NCBI GenBank assembly: GCA_013265495.1
Contig: MU058213.1
Location: forward strand, 5,046,854-5,110,853
DNA: 64,000 bases
Source: Vicugna vicugna
Taxonomy: Eukaryota
Direction: 5' to 3'
Below the pieces are notes generated by a model. It ran no database searches and was not told the DNA's origin. It was given only the letters and a program-made list of their open reading frames with translations. Of this stretch, positions 54,924-64,000 are shown one piece after another (positions within the stretch are counted from its first letter, which is position 1; every line of letters begins with the position of its first letter). The position numbers were made by a program, and so were the translations under genes.

Positions 54924-55383
54924 TGAAACAGCAGGCCTTCCCAGGACAGATCCCACTGCCCCCCCTCATGTCCTCTGCCTGCCTCTTGTCTGTAGAAAAA
55001 CTTCAAAGAATACACTTCAGAGCAAAGAACACACTTCAAAGAAATAATATAGAAACAAAGGGAAATAGTCAAACAAAACATAATAATAATTTAGTCATTA
55101 AACACAGTCAAGGACCTTTAGCTTCTCCCAAGGGCTACAGATAATATTCTGAGCCATATTCTGTGAGCTGTCTTGTAGATACTGAAACCCTCACTGGGTG
55201 GAAGAAGTTAACTACATGATGACCAGACTGTAGCCATGACATAAGCTGCCACAACTCTGAGAACTGGCCTCAAATAAATGAGAACAAACCAGGACTAGAA
55301 CTGAAGATTAACTGCACTTGAAACAATCAAGATGATGCTGATCAGACCATGGCATGACTAACTTCAAGATCACTGTCAGAGCT

Positions 55384-56149
55384 CAAATGCTGGAGAGGCT
55401 ATGGAGAAAAGGGAACCCTCCTGCACTGCTGGTGGGAATGCAGTTTGGTGCAGCCACTGTGGAAATCAGTATGGAGATTCCTCAAAAGACTAGGAATAGA
55501 CTTACCATATGACCCAGGAATCCCACTCCTGGGCATATATTCAGAAGGAACCCTACTTCAAAAAGACACCTTCACCCCAATGTTCATAGGAGCACTATTT
55601 ACAATAGCCAAGACATGGAAACAGCCTAAATGTCCATCAACAGATGACTGGATAAAGAAGTTGTGGTATATTTATACAATGGAATACTATTCAGCCATAA
55701 AAATGACAACATAATGCCATTTGCAGCAACACGGATGTTCCTGGAGAATGTCATTCTAAGTGAAGTAGGCCAGAAAGAGAAAGAAAAATACCATATGAGA
55801 TTGCTCATATGTGATATCTAAAAAAAAAAAGAGAGAACATAAATACAAAACAGAAACAGACTCACAGACATAGAATACAAACTTATGGTTGCCAAGGGGG
55901 AGCGGGGTGGGAAGGGATAGACTGGGATTTCAAAATTTGTGGATACTGACAGGCATATGCAGAATAGATAAACAAGATTATACTGTACAGCACAGGGAAA
56001 TATATACAAGATCTTGTGGTAGCTCACAGTGAAAAAAATGTGACAATGAATATATGTATGTTCATGTATAACTGAAAAATTGTGCTCTACACTGGAATTT
56101 GACACAACATTGTAAAATGACTATAACTCAATAAAAAAAGTTAAAAAAA
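55384..56149 (+). mobile_element. Young 5'-truncated L1 (ORF2 C-terminus + 3' UTR + A tail)
   Basis: Peptide [31 protein letters not shown]...KQPKCPSTDDWIKKLWYIYTMEYYSAIK. 18-bp TSD aagatcactgtcagagct (55366-55383) / aagatcattgtcagagct (56150-56167). Confidence 0.96.
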
Positions 56150-56229
56150 AAGATCATTGTCAGAGCTGTGTGTGTTGTTCTGAATGTAGATCCCTCCCTC
56201 TGTCTATATACCCCTGGAACTCCCCTTTA

Positions 56230-57544
56230 TTTATTTTATTTTTTTTCTACATTTTTTATTGATTCATAATCATTTTACAGTGTTGTGTCAAATTCCAGTG
56301 TTCAGCACAATTTTTCAGTCATTTGTGGACATATACACACTCATTGTCATATTTTTTTCTCTGTGATTTATCATAACATTTTGTGTATATTTCCCTGTGC
56401 TATACAGTATAATCTTGTTTATCTATTCTACAATTTTGAAATCCCAGTCTATCCCTTCCCNNNNNNNNNNNNNNNNNNNNNNNNNNNNNNNNNNNNNNNN
56501 NNNNNNNNNNNNNNNNNNNNNNNNNNNNNNNNNNNNNNNNNNNNNNNNNNNNNNNNNNNNNNNNNNNNNNNNNNNNNNNNNNNNNNNNNNNNNNNNNNNN
56601 NNNNNNNNNNNNNNNNNNNNNNNNNNNNNNNNNNNNNNNNNNNNNNNNNNNNNNNNNNNNNNNNNNNNNNNNNNNNNNNNNNNNNNNNNNNNNNNNNNNN
56701 NNNNNNNNNNNNNNNNNNNNNNNNNNNNNNNNNNNNNNNNNNNNNNNNNNNNNNNNNNNNNNNNNNNNNNNNNNNNNNNNNNNNNNNNNNNNNNNNNNNN
56801 NNNNNNNNNNNNNNNNNNNNNNNNNNNNNNNNNNNNNNNNNNNNNNNNNNNNNNNNNNNNNNNNNNNNNNNNNNNNNNNNNNNNNNNNNNNNNNNNNNNN
56901 NNNNNNNNNNNNNNNNNNNNNNNNNNNNNNNNNNNNNNNNNNNNNNNNNNNNNNNNNNNNNNNNNNNNNNNNNNNNNNNNNNNNNNNNNNNNNNNNNNNN
57001 NNNNNNNNNNNNNNNNNNNNNNNNNNNNNNNNNNNNNNNNNNNNNNNNNNNNNNNNNNNNNNNNNNNNNNNNNNNNNNNNNNNNNNNNNNNNNNNNNNNN
57101 NNNNNNNNNNNNNNNNNNNNNNNNNNNNNNNNNNNNNNNNNNNNNNNNNAAGTCTTTAATCCATTTTGAGTTGATTTTTGTATATGGTGTAAGGGTGTGT
57201 TCTAGCTTCATTGTTTTACATGCTGCTGTCCAGTTTTCCCAACACCATTTGCTGAAGAGACTGTCTTTATTCCATTGTATATTCTTGCCTCCTTTGTCGA
57301 AGATGAGTTGACCAAAAGTTTGTGGGTTCATTTCTGGGCTCTCTATTCTGTTCCATTGGTCTATATGTCTGTTTTGGTACCAATACCATGCTGTCTTGAT
57401 GACTGTAGCTCTATAGTATTGTCTGAAGTCTGGGAGAGTTATTCCTCCAGCCTCTTTCTTTCTCTTCAGTAATGCTTTGGCAATTCTAGGTCTTTGATGG
57501 TTCCATATAAATTTTATTATGATTTGTTCTAGTTCTGTGAAATA
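56230..57544 (-). mobile_element. Young 5'-truncated L1 spanning an assembly gap
   Basis: Uninterrupted ORF2 frame at 57150-57544 ([22 protein letters not shown]...TAWYW...DQWNRIE...[12 protein letters not shown]). T-rich tail from 56230. Perfect 14-bp TSD ggaactccccttta (56216-56229 / 57545-57558). Confidence 0.96.
56461..57149. other. Assembly gap (689 N)
   Basis: Run of N. Confidence 1.
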
Positions 57545-57722
57545 GGAACTCCCCTTTAAAAACCCTTGCCCACTGATCAGCAGAGGGGAGCTGGCCTCTG
57601 GACATGCCACTCTTTCCTCTGGTTGCAGGTTCTAGAATAAAGCAAACTTTCCTTTCCACCAACACATGCGTCTCAAGTATTGGCTTTTGAGGAGTGAGCA
57701 GCTGGACTGGAGTTCAGCAGCA

Positions 57723-58085
57723 AACCCAAAGATGGGGTTCTGGGAACCCCTGACTTATAGTCAGTTGGTCAGAAGTACAGATAACAAACTGGACTTGCAT
57801 CTGGTCTCCAAAGTCCAAAGAACAAAGGGTTGTGGGAACTCCCATATGTAGCCGGTTGGTCATGGGCACAGGTGATAATCTGGAATAGTGACTGGTATGT
57901 CTGAAGCATGTGTGTTTGGGTGGGGTGTGCAGTATTGTAGGACTGAAACTGTGCAATCTGATGTTATTTCCAGATAAACTGTGTCAGAATTGAGTTGAAA
58001 TGTGGGATGCCCATCGGTGTCAAAATTTTTTGTGTATGGGGGAAAACCTACTCTCCACACACTGGAGTTGGGTGCAGAACCGTGA
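57723..58085 (+). mobile_element. MER21-like LTR, 3' part
   Basis: Resumes aacccaaagatggggttctgggaacccctgacttatagtcagttggtcagaagtacag...tgtcagaattgagttgaa directly after the nested LTR's TSD. Confidence 0.8.
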
Positions 58086-58317
58086 ATGAGTCAAGTAAGG
58101 TGAAGTGATGGGTGAAGGGTAATCCCTTGTCTTGACATCAGTTCTGAACATGCAAGAAAACTGAACCCTCTCGGTGAAAGCGAGTCTCCCTGCTGGATTT
58201 ATGATTAACCTCTTGATCTAAAACTTTATTCTCTTCTTGTCCTGTCTCTGTTCCCCTCAGGATTGAGGAGTATCAAAGAAAAGAGGAGGGGATTGAAACT
58301 AAGAAGGACCCTTAGTT

Positions 58318-58887
58318 TGAAACTAAGAAGGGCCCTGTGGGGCCCTTCCAGGCACAAAAGCCCCTCCATATTCCCTGTTCCTTGCTCTCAGAGAAAGGCA
58401 TCAGTCTCCTAGGCCTCCCCTGAGTTCCAAAGAGCAGATTCAAATAGTTGCTAATCAGTCAGAAAAGTGAGGGAACGCAGAAACAAAGGAGGAGCAATCA
58501 AGAAACAACAGTGCAGTAATAAAGTGGGGTCCTGGTTCCTCCTCCAGGGGTTCCTACACGGAACAGCATCTTTGGGTTCTTCCACAGGAACTAAGGCCCC
58601 CACCCAGGTGGAAAATGGGAACTTCAGGCTGAACACCAGATTCCTGGAACACCACCCCGTTAGCTCGCCACCAACCAATCAGAAGAAAGTCTACACACAG
58701 TGGAAGATAAAGACTGAACCCTTCCCCTCTAATTAATTTCCCCTATGGTTGAGCAGAATCTTTGGAGTTGATTCTTGGATACGAGTCCCCAGGTTGCCAG
58801 CCTCCTAAATAAAGCAATTTTCCCTTTCCAACAAAGACTTCTCTTTAGCTTTCAAGTGGTGAGCAGCTGAATCTGAGTTCAGTAACT
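58318..58887 (+). mobile_element. ERV1-type solo LTR
   Basis: Starts tgaaactaagaagggccctgtgggg and is colinear with 59995-60525. AATAAA at ~58808; ends gagttcagtaac. TSD not resolved. Confidence 0.8.
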
Positions 58888-59231
58888 AAAAATCACAGAA
58901 AAAATAATGTATGGAAAACAAATGAGTGTCACAAGATATTTCATTTCTATGAAACAGTGAAGGTGGAATATTGGTAATGGCGGGGGTGGGGGTAGTCAGT
59001 ACCCTAGAACACTTACAGGAGAAAGCTTCTGTACAAATAAAGGTGATTTTTTCCAAGGCTGGCCAAACAGGTCCACAGATCAGTATCAGGGGCCGTACGA
59101 TTAGGGAGACAGAGCTGCTGGTAACAAAATCCCCATGCTCTGTCTTCACTCTAACACCCTCGACCCCTCTACTGTTCAGAGTGGTTGGCTGGGCTGACTG
59201 AAAAAGGTCTTTGAACGAGAATGTTCATGTG

Positions 59232-59289
59232 AACTATACTTCAATAAAATAAATAAGAAATAAATAAATAATAAATTATATATAAAAGA
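59232..59289 (+). mobile_element. Ultra-short L1 3' tail insertion
   Basis: aactatacttcaataaa plus an A-rich tail, flanked by aatgttcatgtg (59220-59231) / aacattcgtgtg (59290-59301). Confidence 0.6.
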
Positions 59290-59994
59290 AACATTCGTGT
59301 GTGCTCAGCTTGGAGAAAAGGTGTGGTTCTTAGTGTGGACCCTACAAAGAAGAGGATGAAAACAGAGAGGTGAGCCCGGGGTGGCTGGAGAAGCGTGTGT
59401 CTGTGTATTCTGCATTTGTATGGAGTGCAGGATAGGCATCCACAGGGGGAAAAGAAAGACATTTTTTAGAAAACTGTTGTTCAGTCTACAACATAATTCC
59501 CTTCTGTTTCCCCAAACTTAAGGAAATGCTCAGTGTTTTTGAATTGCAATCTGTTTCTGGAGGAGGGAGGCAATGATGTTAGCCTCGACTAGCAGTAAGA
59601 CAACAGGATAGATCAAAGGGAACAGAATTTAAGAAGAGAACAATTATCTCCAGGATATTTGCAAATGCATCACAGCCATGAAACAGAAAGGAACCATAAA
59701 ATCACTCAGAAATTTAAAAACACTACGCAAAGTAAGTGAAAAACCTAATACAGACGTGACTAAAATTTGAAAGATCAAGAATGTCACCTGGGACAGAGCA
59801 CAAAAATTCTGAGATGTCACAACTCCAAGGATTCAAGTGAAAACCCTTAACACTTCCAGTAAGTAGATAACATTTTCAAAAGGAAAAAAAAAATAAAGAA
59901 AAGAAATGGAAAGAAAGAGCCAGGCTGTGGAAAAAGAAATTTTAAAGGCTCACGATCAGGAGCACACACACACACACACACACAAATACAGCAC

Positions 59995-60525
59995 TGACAC
60001 TGAGCAGTACCCTGTGGGGACTCTCCTGGGTCCAAGAGCCTTTCTACACATTTCTTATTTGTAGAAAAAGGGTTCAGCCTGCTATAGACCTTTCCTTAGC
60101 TCCAAAGGGCAGGTTTTACTAGTCAGGGAATTGAGGGAACACAGAAACAAAGGGAAAGCAGTCAAGAAGCAATACTACAGGGATAAGCAGAGTTCTAGTT
60201 CTTCCTCAAGTAACACACACAGCATCTCTGAGTTCTTCTGCAGGAATCTAATCCCCTCCCCAGGTGGAGGATGATAACTTCAGCCTGGACCCAAGATTCC
60301 TGGAGCACCTCACCACCAATCAAGAAATTCACACACCCTGCAGTCCTCACCCGAAAAATGCCTTTAAAAGCTCTTCCAAGAGCCACTGGGGAGTTCAGTC
60401 TTTTGAGCATGAACTGCCTGTTCTCCTGTTTGGCTTGTAGTCATCATTTCTCTGCTCCAAACTCCGACCTCTCGGTTAGTTTGGCCTCACTGTGCATTGG
60501 GCGCGTGAACTTGTGTTCGGCAACA
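59995..60525 (+). mobile_element. ERV1-type solo LTR
   Basis: tgacactgagcagtaccctgtgggg...gttcggcaaca. Shares blocks (gagggaac.cagaaacaaagg; cccaggtgga; cacacaccctgcag; gcctttaaaa) with the 58318 and 50198 copies. TSD not matched. Confidence 0.82.
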
Positions 60526-60959
60526 CTTTCAGCTCCCCCTGCGCCACTGCTGTTGTATCAAAATAAATATCCAGCAAGATAGATCTACAAGCAATGTCAC
60601 ATATAAACCATTTTCAAAACTTCTAAGTAAATTTATAGCAAATTTGACTGAATAGATTGAAATACATCACAACCAAGTAGGTTTTTTCCTGGTAATGTAA
60701 GACCGACCTAAAAGTAGCAAGGATGACCCAAAAGTACCATTCCATCAATAGTTTAAAGCAGCAAAAACTGAGCTCTCAGTACACGATGAAAAGGCATTTG
60801 GTAAAACGCAACAACTATTGCCAATTAAAAAAGAAATTAGGCCAGGAAACTTGGACCTAGTGTAACGCTGTTTTTTTTAAGAGGAGGGAACAACAGCCTC
60901 TCCTATAGCTAGCTTTTTGGAAATCACGAAAAGGTTGGGCTTTCTTCCTTTGCTTTTCC

Positions 60960-60990
<31 letters not shown>

Positions 60991-63529
60991 TTAAAAATTT
61001 TTTCCCTAACAATTTTTTTTTTTTTTTAAGTTTTAAGAAGTTCTTGCCTAGCAAATGTGATCTCTAGGGGAAAAAACAGATTTTCAGAGACCGAACTCAA
61101 GTTATGTCCTGGCCCAATTACAACATGTTCACAGCTACCCTGGCCTTCAGAAATGTTAGGTTAATTGAAAAGTCATATTTCTAAACAGTTTATCAAATGG
61201 AAATTTCTAATTATACTTCAAAAGTACCCATTTCTGATATCCCCGTCAAAATAACATGAGATGAAGGATTCAGTGGTGCAAGATTTACACGATTTAAGAA
61301 TACATTCCAAGGTCATCTCACTTATTGGAATTTCAGGGCCCAGCCAGTGATTCTATTTTTAACTTAGGCAATTCTGTATAATTGGTCATTCTGCTTCTCC
61401 CTCTTACTTCTGGAGTATTTGTGGGCCATGACGTCAATCAACTAATCTTACCAGGTTTGGAAAGATGGCTTCAGTACTAGCGCCATTATCTCTTTGATAT
61501 AATACAATCACTATTCATCTGTTTGATAACCCAGGGGTGATCTCTCAACTACTTATCACTGTGGCAAGGGCGTAGATCGGCCAGAACCGATGTCTCTCTG
61601 ACCACAGTGGGTACCCAGTCATCTGTCCTCAGCAAACCAGCTGAGGGGCAAACCTGCTGAACATCATCCTAGATTGGTGCCTACAGGCCATGGTTCCGTG
61701 TTGTCTAGGGAACAACTCCAGTCTCTTGGAGGATTCATTTATTCTCACAGCCTCAATAAAAGCTTCACGCTGAAAACTCCCTTCCTGATCGCCCTGTTTT
61801 GCATTTAACAGTTGTACCATTTCCATCCTATTTAAACACACATCCTGACCCTTTTCTCCAGAATTTACTGCTCTTAACGCCATCATTAGTCTCAGTTATT
61901 TAATCCTGAGATTTATAAGTATCTATTGATGACAGATTGGAGATGGCCAATATCACGACAACTGACTTGCATGGTCCCCAGAAACTGGGGAGCCAGGCAG
62001 ATGGAGCACCTGTATCAACTATGTCTAACAGTAGGCAGCAGGGCAAAGGACAGACAGAATGTGGTGTCAGGCAGCAAGGACCCAAGGGTCAATGAGGAAG
62101 AAGAGACAGATAAAACATCTAGTCCCCAAAGTCCTGCGTAGGGGCTCAAGGCAGCCAGCAGGTTCCTAAGTATAGGGCTTGGACACAGGAGAATCACCTG
62201 GCTATTAGGACTTGGAATACAAGAAGTTTAAAGGAGAAGTATCAATGCCACAGTGTAGTGTACCTTTGGAGGCCGGGCCAAAGAATGGGTCCTCATACAA
62301 GGCTTGCTAAAGCCCAGGATCCCCAGAGCTGAATACACTATCCAGACCTTATAGACTCTAGAGAGGTTGAAGAAGGGAGAGATACAGGGATGTGTAATTC
62401 ATGGACCACGCTTCCCCACTTCTGACTGGATACTCCCATACCCATTGCTAACACCTACTAGATTGTGTGATTTCTGTTGTCGGGAAAATTACGAATCAGT
62501 AAGAGCTGTATCCATTCATGCCCAGAGATGTTAGAATAAAGGCTAACTAGTGGTTTTGTTGTTTAGAAATTAATTCCTGAACACTGAGTTCTTTTTTCAT
62601 AGATGGGGAGAAGGGAGAAAGAATGGTTAGAAATAGATTCTCCAGACGGCCAGATTTTGTTCTTCTTGCTTTCTGATTGGCCAAGACTAAGTCCCAAGGC
62701 TCAGGAAAGCCATCTTGAATTTTTATGCATACATAGTCCAAGGGAGGCAGTGGAGAGGTGAGCTAGGCACTAGGTAAGAAAGCCAGTTTTTGGAAATAGG
62801 AGTAAGGGGGTTAGATTCAGCTAGAATCGGCTCCAGTTTGTGGCTCTGCAAGCAGGAGCCCTCACTCTGAAGTGCTGCACGGCTGCCGTCAAAGCGTATA
62901 CCATCAAATAAACTGGGTCTGCTGGTCCCTGTGTATAACCCTAATATTAGAAAGCCAGGTCTGTGACATAGTGTGTGTGGATGGGGGGAGGCTAAGTACT
63001 AAGATTTTGAGGGTCAGATTTGAGCTGTACAGATGATAGTTGCATTATTAAAACTTGTGCAAAGAAAACAGGTGTGGGGGCTCCCTGAGGACAGGTCCCT
63101 CATCTGCCTTGGTCTCTGCATTTCCACCACCCAGCACACTCCTAGCACACAGCAGGGCTCACCAAATATTTGTTGAGTAAATGAACACAGACCTGCATTT
63201 AAATCGTGGCTCGGTCTAGCTGCATGGCTTTGACAAGTCATTCAATCTCTGAGACAATTTTATTTTTACCATGAAAAAGGAATATTGTATACACAAAGTG
63301 CATAATAGGTGTTCAGTAAGTGGTTGTTGCTATTGACGATCATGCCCCTGCATCATTTCCAGATTAGAAGCTCCTTGCAGAGGAGAACGTGCCCTATACA
63401 TCTTTTTGGACGATGGATTTGGCATATTGGGTCTCATTTCATAAATGCCCAGCAGGTGCTTCTTTGCTGAGTCGTTTAGTACCTGGTGCTTCCGTGAAGG
63501 GCAGCCCGATGTTCTGTTAACAGCAGGCA

Positions 63530-63742
63530 CTCCAGAGTCAGATGCTTATGGCCAGATCCTGGCTCCAGTTATGAAGTATGTGACCTTGGGCAAGTGACAA
63601 CCTTTTTTGCCTCAATTTCCTCATCTAAAAGTAAGAGACAATACAGCACCTTTCCCACGTAGTTATGACAAGGGTTAAATGAGATTATATATGTAACGCA
63701 CTTAGAGCAGTGCCCAATATGGGAAGTACCATTTAAGTATTT
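63530..63742 (+). mobile_element. MIR SINE, near full length
   Basis: tgtgaccttgggcaagtgacaaccttttttgcctcaatttcctcatctaaaa...gggttaaatgagattatatatgtaacgcacttagagcagtgcc. Confidence 0.85.
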
Positions 63743-63769
63743 CCTAATTCTTAATTTCAATTTGGCTTT

Positions 63770-64000
63770 TAAGCTTTTTATTTTGAAATAAGTTCACTTA
63801 CACCTTTCACTCAGCTTTCTCTAAAATTGATGCCCTCTATAACCACAGCACAATGATGAAAACATGGCAGTTAGTACCATAGTTAATAGTAGTTACTGTT
63901 TAACACAAAACTGTTAAACAATCCTCAGACCTTATTTGAATTTCACCAGTTTTGCCATTATTGTCCTTTCTATTCTGGCCTAAATCCAGGATCTGACACT
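63770..64000 (-). mobile_element. Old L1 (L1MC/ME-like) 3' UTR fragment
   Basis: ttttattttgaaataa...ataaccacagcacaatgat...cagaccttatttgaatttcaccagtttt. Confidence 0.6.

Larger units (their letters stand above)
54924..57722 (+). mobile_element. ERV1-type solo LTR (~686 bp reconstructed) split by two L1 insertions
   Basis: tgaaaca...cagca ends; perfect 4-bp TSD aacc (54920-54923 / 57723-57726); AATAAA at 57636-57641; 3' end similar to the LTR ending at 58887. Confidence 0.88.

Noticed and set aside
55384..57544. Single L1 with a twin-priming inversion
   Set aside because: Each part has its own tail and TSD, and LTR sequence lies between them.
56285..57610. 294-, 304- and 395-aa ORFs
   Set aside because: Lengths are artefacts of the N gap; the only real coding signal is a truncated L1 ORF2 fragment.
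58318..60525. Two same-orientation related LTRs as ends of a provirus
   Set aside because: They are clearly diverged from each other. No primer-binding site or gag/pol/env remnant is visible in the 1.1-kb spacer, and there is no shared TSD.
61629..61886. ORF with faint Gypsy/PNMA gag-like flavour (SGEKGQD...LNRME)
   Set aside because: Too short and weak to support without a profile search; no adjoining gag or pol motifs.
1..64000. Prokaryotic-style systems (operon, CRISPR, defence island)
   Set aside because: The sequence is mammalian repeat-rich non-coding DNA with no regularly spaced repeats and no gene-dense regions.

Overview
Eukaryotic (mammalian) non-coding genomic DNA, most likely from a camelid (alpaca/llama/camel). 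This is inferred from the recent L1 3' UTRs and a short tRNA-derived SINE at ~53.5 kb, recognised from memory rather than by database search. I cannot support any host protein-coding gene, rRNA, tRNA or CRISPR array. The ORF track is explained by chance ORFs, antisense-repeat ORFs and L1 ORF2 remnants. The window is rich in transposable elements: ancient MIR, L2, L1M, hAT MITEs and MaLR LTRs throughout, plus a cluster of ERV1-type solo LTRs and young L1 insertions between ~42 and 61 kb. The most notable structures are directly visible. (1) An LTR fragment at 50198-50466 ends at its own poly(A) site and has a 14-bp TSD, so it looks like an ERV transcript retroposed in trans by L1. (2) A three-level nest at 54.4-58.1 kb (MER21-like LTR > ERV1 LTR > two L1s) has the TSDs of all three inner insertions readable. 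(3) Those two L1s form a tail-to-tail inverted repeat over a 689-N assembly gap. (4) There is a probable sequencing-dephasing false duplication at ~61.0 kb. I found no evidence of a novel multi-gene system. Repeat family names are from recalled consensus sequences and need RepeatMasker/Dfam confirmation.
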